From the sequence record MW879341.1: a stretch of DNA of 64,000 bases, one strand, 5' to 3'. A model generated the notes under the pieces. That model searched no databases. It was not told the origin of the DNA and saw only the letters and a list, made by a program, of their open reading frames with translations. Position numbers and translations under genes: made by a program. Shown here one piece after another: positions 8,654 to 18,173 of the stretch (position 1 is its first letter; each line of letters begins with the position of its first letter).

Positions 8654-9352
8654 ATGTCAACCCTGCAATTTAATAAAGTAATGAGTTTCCTCCCAGCTGA
8701 ATGGGTTGAGCGTGTACTGGTGGAGTACGATCGTAATGACGTTGCTCACCAAAGGGACCACGCCATCAATGTAGTCAACGCTGCTGATGACATTATCAAT
8801 CTCTACCCTGAGTTGGAGTCACATCGTAAAGTCATTGTGACTGCGGCACTCTTACACGACATCAAGTGTTGGGAGAACCGAGACAAACACCACATGTTGG
8901 GTGCATTAGCTGCCAAACGCGTCATGGCGGAAATGGACGGTGTGTTGGCACACTTCGATGAAGAAGATATCATCAACATCGAAACCTGCATTCTGGAGCA
9001 TCGGGCTAGTTGGAAGCATACTCGCTCTAATCTGATCTCAGACTGCGTTGCGTCTGCTGATCGTGGTGACGTTGACGTCAATGCGTATATGCGTCGTGCT
9101 GTACGTTATCGTTATAGTCACCTGCCTGCCGGTACTGAAATCTCACACGCTGTTAAAATCAACATCGTGGAAGACAGCCTTCAACACATGCGTGAGAAGT
9201 TTGGTGTGAATGGCTATGCTTGGGCTACACTGCCCCACTTTACTAAACTTCGTTGTGAGCAACAGATCGAACACACGAAGACCGTCATTACCACTAACCC
9301 TGGTTCTCTGGTTGCACTGGGTTATGATAATTTCGATGCTTGGACCGCGTAA
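8654..9352 (+). CDS. HD-domain metal-dependent phosphohydrolase
   Basis: HQRDH...LLHDIK...HH...EH...ADR pattern. Confidence 0.8.
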   Translation: MSTLQFNKVMSFLPAEWVERVLVEYDRNDVAHQRDHAINVVNAADDIINLYPELESHRKVIVTAALLHDIKCWENRDKHHMLGALAAKRVMAEMDGVLAHFDEEDIINIETCILEHRASWKHTRSNLISDCVASADRGDVDVNAYMRRAVRYRYSHLPAGTEISHAVKINIVEDSLQHMREKFGVNGYAWATLPHFTKLRCEQQIEHTKTVITTNPGSLVALGYDNFDAWTA

Positions 9353-9423
9353 TACAAAATCCTAGGGTGAGGGGTAACCTCACCCACCTATGACGTCACT
9401 CTATAAATTAAGGAATACCCATA

Positions 9424-10413
9424 ATGCGTAAGATCCCTCAGTCTCTGTACTCTGCAAACCGTGAAATGAAATCTGTACTGACTCGTTGCACCTTCGGTAT
9501 CGCTTTAAACAAACTGAAAGATGACAATGACAGAATATCAATACTGAAAGATGCTGACCTGTTACAACTGCTCGACTATATAAGTGAAACAAAGACGGTT
9601 ACGTTCTTCATGAAAGAAGAAGAACTCTACGTTATCTCCAACGAATACGTTAGTCAGGGATACGTGCCGGATATCGTGTCTGTAGATCACAGAACTCTCG
9701 AACCGGTTAAAGCTATAATCCTTCCTGTAACGCAACGAGAAGAGAGTAAAGTTGCTCGTCCGGCAAGTTATCAGAATAATAGAGAAAAGCCGACTCTGAT
9801 CGATACAGGTCCATATTCGGACATTATCGGGCAATTTCCTAAAGAGTATTACACCGTAGCTATTGAAGTTATGGATGCTATCCGTCGTAGACGTGGTGGT
9901 TGCACTATCAGTGAGTTAGCGCGTCACTCTGATAACTTCAACCTGCTGTCTGAAACTGATCGCAATGTTCTGGTCGATATGGTTATTCGCTATAATGATG
10001 ATATCCGCTGGGTTGATGGTGAGACCGTTCCTGCTCGTGCAACGGGCACTATGGTGCTCCTGCATCAGTCTCAAGCTACAGTGGCTACCATGGGTCTGAC
10101 TGGCAGTAAAGAAATCGAAGTTGAGTCACCATTCAAAGCGCAACTCGGGAAACTGTTGGGTAAACTAACTCTTTCTAAGAAGTCAGAGCCTGTTAAACCA
10201 AACTTCACGTCACATGCGTCGGCCCCTGTAACTCGCATCGTGTTAGAAGAACCCAAGCGTCCTGAAAACCCACGTATCGCAGAACTGATGAATCTGATGG
10301 AATCATATAGTCAAACGATCCGTGAGGCTGAGTCCACCATTCGCACAGCAAATGCCAATATGGATTCGGCGTTACATGAAATGAAGGAACTACTGAGCAA
10401 TGAATCAAACTAA
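9424..10413 (+). CDS. hypothetical protein with C-terminal coiled coil
   Basis: AAGGA SD; heptad-like C-terminus. Confidence 0.7.
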   Translation: MRKIPQSLYSANREMKSVLTRCTFGIALNKLKDDNDRISILKDADLLQLLDYISETKTVTFFMKEEELYVISNEYVSQGYVPDIVSVDHRTLEPVKAIILPVTQREESKVARPASYQNNREKPTLIDTGPYSDIIGQFPKEYYTVAIEVMDAIRRRRGGCTISELARHSDNFNLLSETDRNVLVDMVIRYNDDIRWVDGETVPARATGTMVLLHQSQATVATMGLTGSKEIEVESPFKAQLGKLLGKLTLSKKSEPVKPNFTSHASAPVTRIVLEEPKRPENPRIAELMNLMESYSQTIREAESTIRTANANMDSALHEMKELLSNESN

Positions 10414-10969
10414 CGCGTACAAACTCGCATTAGGTAACACACTGCGGTCCGTATTGGACCGCATTAAACATCGCATCACACGCACACGCGTTATTGAAGC
10501 GGTTAATATCAGCAGACCGACTTTAGAGAAGGTTCTGTTGGGTAAGGCGTCTTTAGAGACAGCGCACCTAGTGGCTGAGTTCTTAGGAGTACGTTACACG
10601 TTTAATTCAGAGAAGGGATTCAAAGTAGAGTCCCTTGATACTTACCTCAATCGTTTCTACGGATACGAACCAGGGGCTAAGCCGAATACCACGCCAGAGC
10701 TAGCCATAGTCTGTGCGGCGGTAAGACACCGTGGTGTTATCTATACGGGCGCTAGGCACTACGATTGCATCATGCGTTCCCAGATGGATGCTGCTAAACT
10801 GACGGAGAAAGATTTCACAGTTCCAGCAGAAGAAGGATTCATCACAAACCGCCGTGAGTTTGTCGATAGACATGCGGCATTAAAGATCGCTATCGCTAGC
10901 GGTCAAATCAATAAGTACCGTGATGTTAATATCTCGGACTTTGGGTTACAGTCAGAAAACCTCTATTAA
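10400..10969 (+). CDS. XRE-like HTH fused to a small phage domain
   Basis: TRVIEAVNISRPTLEKV HTH; C-terminal IVCAAV..GARH..EGFIT..FVDRHAAL.IA..GQI..LQSENLY. Confidence 0.6.
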   Translation: MNQTNAYKLALGNTLRSVLDRIKHRITRTRVIEAVNISRPTLEKVLLGKASLETAHLVAEFLGVRYTFNSEKGFKVESLDTYLNRFYGYEPGAKPNTTPELAIVCAAVRHRGVIYTGARHYDCIMRSQMDAAKLTEKDFTVPAEEGFITNRREFVDRHAALKIAIASGQINKYRDVNISDFGLQSENLY

Positions 10970-10977
10970 GGAACACC

Positions 10978-11334
10978 ATGAATACACCAATCGACCGTCT
11001 GCTGTTTGTACTCACACTCCTTAGCTACAAGATCTTAGACTTTGTTCTAGGGTACCCGGAAGAACACACCGCGATGGGTCCTGCTGGAGAAGTTAAGTTA
11101 AGGCATAAAGGTGGTGTCTGGACTGCGGTGCGTGTATCTACGTATTGTAAGCGTCGGGGGAGTTGGGTTAAGCATAACTGGCGTCATGGTTGGCGGATGA
11201 TTGACGTGCCTGAAGGCTACGAACAATTCCTCAACCGTGACAACATGACCCCTGATCTCGGTGAGGCCATCTACAACATGTTAGAAGGTCAGCGGATGAT
11301 GGATGAATATAAAGCGGGGATTATGGAAGGATGA
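10978..11334 (+). CDS. hypothetical protein
   Basis: AAGGA SD. Confidence 0.65.
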   Translation: MNTPIDRLLFVLTLLSYKILDFVLGYPEEHTAMGPAGEVKLRHKGGVWTAVRVSTYCKRRGSWVKHNWRHGWRMIDVPEGYEQFLNRDNMTPDLGEAIYNMLEGQRMMDEYKAGIMEG

Positions 11335-11777
11335 AAGCTGAACTGGCGTTGTACTGTAAAGTAGGTGACACTGGTTACTGTCACAGCTTCGAGGTTGAAG
11401 GTGTTCGCTATAGTATCACCTGCGAATACGCTAACAACTACTACGAAGCAGCGAAGCACTTACTGGCTTGGAATGATTGGAAGTGTGATAAGCCAATCAG
11501 TAAAGAAGTTCAGGTGGCTATTCGTGAGTGTCTGATTGAAGCACTGGAAACTCAGTTAGGGTGGAATCGTGCTGACCGCATCAATCGTCGTGACTTCGTA
11601 CACGATAGCACTGAGGTATATCAACTCAGTTGTGACTTTGATCTCTCGACTAAACGTATTCGTATTAGACGTGATCGGGTGATTGATGCTGAGACCTCTG
11701 TGTCATCTACGTTCAAGATGTTTGTTCCTTTCGATGATACTCGCTCTATCGGCGAGTTGATTGATCTCGTACGTTAA
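11331..11777 (+). CDS. hypothetical protein
   Basis: ATGA overlap. Confidence 0.65.
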   Translation: MKAELALYCKVGDTGYCHSFEVEGVRYSITCEYANNYYEAAKHLLAWNDWKCDKPISKEVQVAIRECLIEALETQLGWNRADRINRRDFVHDSTEVYQLSCDFDLSTKRIRIRRDRVIDAETSVSSTFKMFVPFDDTRSIGELIDLVR

Positions 11778-11782
11778 TCTCA

Positions 11783-11815
11783 AGGGGGAGTGTCTTGTAC
11801 ACTCCTCTGTATTTT
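11783..11815 (+). terminator. intrinsic terminator
   Basis: GGGGAGTGT-CTTGT-ACACTCCTC then T-rich tract. Confidence 0.6.
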
Positions 11816-12093
11816 CTTACACTGGTTATACTTATTATATGTCTTGCTCTAGTAATGGGGGAGGATAAAGGAGGGGGCTGTATGCGAAGCATACTAATAT
11901 ATATAGGGTAGTAGTATAGAGAGTATATTACGTAGAGTAGATACCGTAAGAGTATCTACTCCATTCAATGTATTCCATTGAGTAAAATAGAAAACCGCGA
12001 AATTGAAACTCCGTCACTTTCCCTTTATTGGGAAGGTGGTGGGTTATATGCCGCAACACTAAAAACCATTTTAAATTAAAAAAGGAAAGTACT

Positions 12094-12363
12094 ATGAAAA
12101 ATACAATCTGGCAAGTAGGTAGTGACGTTCTGTTCTCTGAGCAGATCGACGTAATTCAGTATTGCAAAGTTAACGGTCTGGTATTCGATACTGAATACAA
12201 TGACTTCCCAGCACGCGGTGTGATCAGCAACGGTGTTGTTAAACTGTCTACGGGTAGTGCTATCCGCATGATGGTTGGACAGTTGCAGGATGGTGGTCGT
12301 GGTGTAGGTGTACCAGTCCGTCTGGGTGCTACTTCTACCAACCTGTGGAAGACCCTGGCTTAA
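12094..12363 (+). CDS. hypothetical protein
   Basis: AAAGGA SD before ATG 12094; biased codons. Confidence 0.7.
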   Translation: MKNTIWQVGSDVLFSEQIDVIQYCKVNGLVFDTEYNDFPARGVISNGVVKLSTGSAIRMMVGQLQDGGRGVGVPVRLGATSTNLWKTLA

Positions 12364-12494
12364 CAGTCGTAGAGATACGACTGACCGAGGGTTTCGTCTT
12401 CGAGTCACTCCGGTGAGTCGTATTTTTACCAGAGGGGAGCTAGGGCGTCGTGTCCTAGTAACCTCATTTTAATAGTCACATAAGGAACTAAAGA

Positions 12495-13946
12495 ATGCAT
12501 CCGTTTAATAACCACGTACTGCCAATCACTGTTACTGAAGTACCAGGCCACTTTTCACTGTCGGTAGGTATCGACCATACCAATCCAAAGCAATATGCAG
12601 TTGTGGCGGTTATGGGTTACGGTTCTCCGGTCATTAACGTGTGTCATTACCAGCAAGGCCATTGGGTTCCTTTCTATCCTCTGACTGAACGCGGTACAGT
12701 GGAACGCGTAGCCAACGTAAAGATCGGTACTGATGTGTCTGCTTTCTTGGCACACCTGAACGATGGGGCTGTAGCTAGCGTTCTGAATGCTAGCCTGGTA
12801 CAGAGTGGCGACCATACTCGTTTGGTTTCTACTCTGGGTGGCAGTCCTACTGTCGTAACCATTAACGCCGCGTTGGGTAGTGTCGTTGCTTACTATCATG
12901 GCTATGCTGTATGGTTGATGCATAACGGTCGAGTGAACCAAGCTATACAGATGGGTCCTCAGGAGATCACTGAACTGACAACCCTCATGAACTCAACGGG
13001 TGGTGGTGTGAATCAGGGTTATGGTCAGCCACTTCAGCAACAGAACTACGGCTACGGCGGTTTCATGCACAACCCACGTCCTCAGGGTGCTCAACCCTAC
13101 GGTGGAGCTATGTATGGCCAACCGCAATACGGACAGCCGCACAACTTCGGTCAACCTGCCGGTCCTATCGACGAAGGTAATTACCGCAGTGCTGGCCCAC
13201 GCAATAACGCCTACTCCAGTCCAGAGACACTGATTCGCAATGTTGACGTGATTCGTTTGAAGACGGGTGAGTTTGCAGCCCCAGATCAGAACGAAGGTGA
13301 CGCCATCAGCGGTCTGAAGTTGGAGATCCACTATACGAGCAACGATAACATGCGTCGTATCACCCTGCCTGTGGGTGAATCACAAACTATCGTTGGTTAT
13401 ATCTCACTGCGCGATGGTAAAGTTGATGGTGTGATGTCTGCCGGTACCTATGTGTTTACCAGCGAACTGTGTAGCGTATTCGCAGCAGGTGAAGCCGGTC
13501 AGGTGCATGCTAGCATCGACTACCAGCAAACCTCCATGGGTTATGACATCAACGTTGTTACAGGTAATGATGTTATATCTGTACGCGTAGAGCAGAAACC
13601 AGCACTGACGCTGACCGACGCACTCTACGCAGTAATTTGTAACTGGTACGGTGTATCTTCTGGTGATAAACCGGTAACTGAAGAACAGTACGCTATCCTG
13701 GCACCTGCCATCTTAGAGGAGTTGGCTAACCTCGGTTGTGATGACATGGTTCAGTCACGCACTGATACTATCGAAGGTATCAAGTACACGGTCCACATGT
13801 TCGATGGTATCAAACAGGTCAGCGTCGAAGTCACCGATCTGAGCCTCCCTGCGAATGCGAAGTTCAAGGCGGTGGTGAAACTGGTCTGCGTAGACCTCGA
13901 GCCTACCGCTTACGTCGATATGAAAGAAATCGTCGATTTACTGTAA
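12495..13946 (+). CDS. hypothetical protein with central G/Q/Y/P low-complexity segment
   Basis: 483 aa; QGYGQPLQQQNYGYGG...YGQPQYGQPHNFGQP. Confidence 0.75.
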   Translation: MHPFNNHVLPITVTEVPGHFSLSVGIDHTNPKQYAVVAVMGYGSPVINVCHYQQGHWVPFYPLTERGTVERVANVKIGTDVSAFLAHLNDGAVASVLNASLVQSGDHTRLVSTLGGSPTVVTINAALGSVVAYYHGYAVWLMHNGRVNQAIQMGPQEITELTTLMNSTGGGVNQGYGQPLQQQNYGYGGFMHNPRPQGAQPYGGAMYGQPQYGQPHNFGQPAGPIDEGNYRSAGPRNNAYSSPETLIRNVDVIRLKTGEFAAPDQNEGDAISGLKLEIHYTSNDNMRRITLPVGESQTIVGYISLRDGKVDGVMSAGTYVFTSELCSVFAAGEAGQVHASIDYQQTSMGYDINVVTGNDVISVRVEQKPALTLTDALYAVICNWYGVSSGDKPVTEEQYAILAPAILEELANLGCDDMVQSRTDTIEGIKYTVHMFDGIKQVSVEVTDLSLPANAKFKAVVKLVCVDLEPTAYVDMKEIVDLL

Positions 13947-13993
13947 TACCAACCGGGGCGGTAACGCCCCACTCACTGATAAGGAATACCATT

Positions 13994-14374
13994 ATGTCTA
14001 AACGTTTCGTACATACTAGCACCCATACCACTAAGTCTGCTCTGATCTTGCAACTCAGCTATATCTTGGTCATGTATAACTCAGCTAAGGTCACACTGAA
14101 AGAACTGTCGGAGAAAACAGGTGTAAGCGCTAGCACGTTGTCACGCATTAAGAACGGTTACGAGGGTGGTCATAGCTTGGACAGTGTGTTACGTCTGGCT
14201 GACGCTATTGATCTCGAATACCGGGTTGTTACTGAACGTGTGGATGGTGTCACCACTAACCACACCTACGTTGAACCTGCAACTGACTACTGTAAACGCA
14301 AAGGGTTGGCGGTTGTTCCTGTCAATCGGGTGCCTAAGGCTGTATTGAAGCAAGTCGTAGCACAACTCCATTAA
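13994..14374 (+). CDS. XRE-family HTH DNA-binding protein
   Basis: TLKELSEKTGVSASTLSRIKNG...SLDSVLRLADAI. Confidence 0.8.
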   Translation: MSKRFVHTSTHTTKSALILQLSYILVMYNSAKVTLKELSEKTGVSASTLSRIKNGYEGGHSLDSVLRLADAIDLEYRVVTERVDGVTTNHTYVEPATDYCKRKGLAVVPVNRVPKAVLKQVVAQLH

Positions 14375-14419
14375 TAATACCGCGAGGGAATCGAAAGGTT
14401 CCCTATTAAGGATTGCAAG

Positions 14420-14836
14420 ATGAACAAAACGTTGAAAGTCGCCACGGTGTTTGCTTCTGCATACGGTCGTAATCGACTGGTGCGCGGTGAGGCTGTGAAG
14501 GTCGGTGCCATTGATCCGAATAAAGTCAAACTGGGTGCAGTAACTGGTCGTGGTTACGCCAGACATACCCGGGTTCATTTAGAGCAAGCTAAGTTAAATG
14601 AGGTGGAATTAGAATACCCTCTGAGCTTCCCTGTACTCGACGCTGTGCGTTCCGTTTTCAAACGTGCGGTAGAAGGTCACTATTCCATGTTGGACGAAGA
14701 GAAGATCCAACAGGTGCGTTTAGCGTTGAACGAATACAACGTACCTTATAACGATATCTACGAAGTTCTGGAATTCTTACAGAAAGCCGAAGAACTCGTA
14801 AATCAACCATTAACTGTAGTGCTGTACTGGGAGTAA
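14420..14836 (+). CDS. hypothetical protein
   Basis: AAGGA SD. Confidence 0.65.
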   Translation: MNKTLKVATVFASAYGRNRLVRGEAVKVGAIDPNKVKLGAVTGRGYARHTRVHLEQAKLNEVELEYPLSFPVLDAVRSVFKRAVEGHYSMLDEEKIQQVRLALNEYNVPYNDIYEVLEFLQKAEELVNQPLTVVLYWE

Positions 14837-14840
14837 AGAC

Positions 14841-15476
14841 ATGATTGATATCGATGTAGGGTACGGTCCTATTATCCAGATGATGAGTAAGGCTTGTGAG
14901 AAAGCCGGTGGTAAAGTGTCACTCTTACACTTTATGGTTGACTTGCCGTGTGAAGGTGTACGCATAACGCCAGACCATCTGTGCGAACTCTTCCAGCGCG
15001 GTGTGTTCAACTACACTGATGGTTATTTCTGGCCACCGTCAATGGACAACTGCGAGTACAAAGACTCCAACCAGTTACTGTTGGATATGATGGCGAAGAT
15101 CAAGAAAGGTCTCTCCATCGAAATGCTCTTTCGTACTACTCCAGCCGGGATGATACCCGCTAACCTGAAGTTCCAGTTCGCTAAGTTCTATTACGGCTTG
15201 AACTCAGAAGAGACGCTCGATATCTACGCCGAATACCTCGACCACGCATCCCGCGATCAACTGGGTAACTACGATGATGAAAGTCGTCACTATTACCTCA
15301 CTGAACTGTTCGGTGAAACGGTAACGGACAAACTCATTGACCGTGTGCGTCTGTCTGTAAAGATGGAAGCTATTCGTAAACGTAAAGTACGCGAAGATCT
15401 GAATGCTCGTCGCGAACGCCTGATTCAAGATCTGGCAAATGTCAACTCCCAACTGGAAAACCTCCCCAATGCGTAA
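14841..15476 (+). CDS. hypothetical protein
   Basis: GGAG SD. Confidence 0.65.
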   Translation: MIDIDVGYGPIIQMMSKACEKAGGKVSLLHFMVDLPCEGVRITPDHLCELFQRGVFNYTDGYFWPPSMDNCEYKDSNQLLLDMMAKIKKGLSIEMLFRTTPAGMIPANLKFQFAKFYYGLNSEETLDIYAEYLDHASRDQLGNYDDESRHYYLTELFGETVTDKLIDRVRLSVKMEAIRKRKVREDLNARRERLIQDLANVNSQLENLPNA

Positions 15477-15762
15477 ATTACTCGTAGCGTTAGCTGTATT
15501 GCTTCCTCTGTCTGTTTCTGCCGCACCAAAGAAAGAAACAGTCACTACCGGGAAGTGTCAATTCAACGGCAGTTTCAATCTCGTGGTGAAGCGTGACGTT
15601 ACTGGTCAGATCGAGTCGGTTGATCTGAAGGATGGCGTTACTGTCTTCAAAGCGTGCCCTGGGATGTCTGAGTTGATTGACCAAATCGACCAGGAGCAAT
15701 TCGCAACCGAACTGCAAGACGTTCTCAACAACCTGATTCAACAGGCTGACGATAATAAATAA
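15469..15762 (+). CDS. putative exported protein
   Basis: signal peptide MRKLLVALAVLLPLSVSA-A from ATG 15469. Confidence 0.65.
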   Translation: MRKLLVALAVLLPLSVSAAPKKETVTTGKCQFNGSFNLVVKRDVTGQIESVDLKDGVTVFKACPGMSELIDQIDQEQFATELQDVLNNLIQQADDNK

Positions 15763-15767
15763 ACCTT

Positions 15768-15790
15768 AGGGACTTCGGTCCCTTTCTTTT
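15768..15790 (+). terminator. intrinsic terminator
   Basis: AGGGAC-TTCG-GTCCCT-TTCTTTT. Confidence 0.85.
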
Positions 15791-15803
15791 AAAGGAATAC
15801 GCT

Positions 15804-16589
15804 ATGTCAAATCTCGTCGAAGTAACAAAGAAATACATTAAGTGTCCACACTGCGAAAAAGGTACATTGGGTACGGTAGATCACTTGTTGGGTAAAAAGG
15901 GACTCTGGACTGCCTGGTATTGCGATGACTGCGGTCAACGTGCTGGTTTCACCGTCATGGATAACGACGTTGTCTATGATCCTGTGCAGAAACCAGAGTG
16001 GACCTTTGATGCGCACATTCTTGTTGAAGAGATCGTAGCTGGAGAACCTCTTCGTTTTATGGCCAGTGGTGTGTTACACGCTACTACTCGTGACCACAAG
16101 GTAACACTCGAAGATCTACAGAACAAGCAGTTCTGGGTTAACGAGAATACCTCTGTAACGAACTGGTTACGTGTCAATGAGGTATGGCGTGCTGATCGAC
16201 GTGACCCTGAAGGTTTCCGGTTCTTAGCTATGTGGGGGCCGAACGACATCCCTGAGTTAAAACAGGAAGAATGGGAACCTGTTGAAGATCGCAGTCACGA
16301 TATCTGCTACCTCGACTGGTTGGCCAAACGTGAACTCACTGAGCGCCTGCGTGACCTACTAATCGGTCGTAATGAATCTCCTAATGTGGAGAAAGTGGCG
16401 ATCGATATGTGGATGTCAAAGTGTGGTGAGGATATCAACCAGTGGTTCTTACTGGCAGCGCAGCACACCGAAACTGATGACGATCTGCTGGATCAAACGT
16501 TAGACACTATTACCTGGTCACGTATTGGTCACTTCTCCCTGCAATATAACCGCACAACCAAAACAGCACAATACCGTTACAGCTATTAA
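15804..16589 (+). CDS. hypothetical protein with N-terminal Zn ribbon
   Basis: CPHC...CDDC. Confidence 0.7.
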   Translation: MSNLVEVTKKYIKCPHCEKGTLGTVDHLLGKKGLWTAWYCDDCGQRAGFTVMDNDVVYDPVQKPEWTFDAHILVEEIVAGEPLRFMASGVLHATTRDHKVTLEDLQNKQFWVNENTSVTNWLRVNEVWRADRRDPEGFRFLAMWGPNDIPELKQEEWEPVEDRSHDICYLDWLAKRELTERLRDLLIGRNESPNVEKVAIDMWMSKCGEDINQWFLLAAQHTETDDDLLDQTLDTITWSRIGHFSLQYNRTTKTAQYRYSY

Positions 16590-16597
16590 GGAATACC

Positions 16598-17002
16598 ATG
16601 TTAATCAAATTCGTTGTTGTTAACCCGACCACAGAAGGTCGTCGTCAATTCGCACTCGGACATAGCGTAGCACCCGATGAGATGGGTGGTGATAATGAAG
16701 CACTGCTGAGCGTAGAGCGTGAGATCGGTATTGTAGAGAACGCTGAGTTTCTGCGTGACTTAATTGAAAACGCTGTGGATGACGTTGCCGACGGCGAGTA
16801 CTATGTAATCGACGAAGACATCCTGGATGACATTCGTTACGAAACGTTGGACTTGTTGGGTACGTTGTCCGATGAGGAAGAAGACACCGTTGCCGGTAAA
16901 CTGATGGAAGTTATCTCAGCAGTGCAGAACGTATTGGATGGTGACGATGAAGATGAAAGCATCGTACCTACCGTGGCCATTATTTGGGGAGAAATGGAAT
17001 GA
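16598..17002 (+). CDS. acidic hypothetical protein
   Basis: AAGGA SD; D/E-rich. Confidence 0.7.
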   Translation: MLIKFVVVNPTTEGRRQFALGHSVAPDEMGGDNEALLSVEREIGIVENAEFLRDLIENAVDDVADGEYYVIDEDILDDIRYETLDLLGTLSDEEEDTVAGKLMEVISAVQNVLDGDDEDESIVPTVAIIWGEME

Positions 17003-17763
17003 GTGTTAACAACGAAGCTACACCACCGAAAGATCAACCGGTTTACAATGACGTCGTTAGTGCGTTAGAAGGTATTGTCGATCCTATTGAGCGCGTTAAA
17101 ACTGCACTACATATGTTCAGCTTCCCGGTTTGCCTGCAACAGTTTAACGACTGGTATCGTGACGCTGGGTTATTGAGCAACTGGTTGGCGTCTAACGATG
17201 TTTACACTATCCTCTGCACCGAACCAGGAATCACCATTACCCTGGATCGTCAGGGTCGCGACGATGTCCAGTTAGTCCATTACCGTGGCTGTGACTATAT
17301 GGGCGGTCAACTCCGCATCGACCGACACCCGGTTATCAACCTGATCGGTTCGTGTAAAACACCCGATGAGGTTGTCAAGTCGTTCGCCTTCCAATGTTTA
17401 TCACCGATGTCTAAGCCTGTACTGTTGTTGGAGTATTTCGGTGACAACGTCGGTGACGTATTGGCTCAGTGGGTTGATAATATCAATATCAACTGCCCTA
17501 ACGACACCAACCCAGACGATATCATCTATAAGCTGTTAGGTGATGCTACCCACTACTACCGTGGTTTTGCTACCCACGGTGACTATCGCTACGCTAACAC
17601 TGCCGTAGGTTCCATAGCGTCAATGATGTTGGCCAACCGCATTCAGAAAGCACTGAGCGATCGTTATCTCCACTCTGGTGAATCACGCCAGGCGTTGCAA
17701 GCTCGGATGGAGAGTCTGCTGACTGAGACTCAGCGCATCGCCAAATTGATGGCAAATAAATAA
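16999..17763 (+). CDS. hypothetical protein
   Basis: ATGA overlap at 16999. Confidence 0.7.
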   Translation: MSVNNEATPPKDQPVYNDVVSALEGIVDPIERVKTALHMFSFPVCLQQFNDWYRDAGLLSNWLASNDVYTILCTEPGITITLDRQGRDDVQLVHYRGCDYMGGQLRIDRHPVINLIGSCKTPDEVVKSFAFQCLSPMSKPVLLLEYFGDNVGDVLAQWVDNININCPNDTNPDDIIYKLLGDATHYYRGFATHGDYRYANTAVGSIASMMLANRIQKALSDRYLHSGESRQALQARMESLLTETQRIAKLMANK

Positions 17764-17799
17764 CCCTTATTATCCAACAACTTACGAGACTTTTACACT

Positions 17800-18159
17800 A
17801 TGCGCAAATTAATTATCGCTTCAATCCTGGCACTGGGTGCTTTCTCTACTGCTGCTTCCGCCATCACCACTGACGAAGCTGGCTACCAGATCGAGATCAA
17901 CTCGGCCATGCATCCGATCTCTGGTGAGTTCCAGAATATCACCATCACCTCTGTTCGCGATGACCTGGTTGTCCAGAACATCGTGGTTAACCGTGGTCGC
18001 TGTAAGATAGCGCTCACTTACCCAGGCCACAAGTCAGAGTTCCCTAAACGTCTGGCCTACAGTGAAGACTTTACATTCCAAAGCTTTGCCTGCCCTAAGG
18101 CACTGGAAGTTGTTGTGTACACTAACCGTGGTGAAGTCACCTGGTCTCCACGTCGCTAA
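17800..18159 (+). CDS. putative exported protein
   Basis: signal peptide MRKLIIASILALGAFSTAASA; two Cys; VVNRGRC...LEVVVYTNRG. Confidence 0.7.
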   Translation: MRKLIIASILALGAFSTAASAITTDEAGYQIEINSAMHPISGEFQNITITSVRDDLVVQNIVVNRGRCKIALTYPGHKSEFPKRLAYSEDFTFQSFACPKALEVVVYTNRGEVTWSPRR

Positions 18160-18173
18160 TAAGGATTAATACG

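Noticed and set aside
5682-9352. Base-modification pathway (dZ or hypermodified T)
   Set aside because: No PurZ, thymidylate-synthase variant or transferase in the window; TK, HAD and HD are compatible with ordinary salvage.
11857-11878. G-quadruplex
   Set aside because: Only two runs of four or more G plus GG pairs; weak on its own, so folded into the 11.8-kb island finding.
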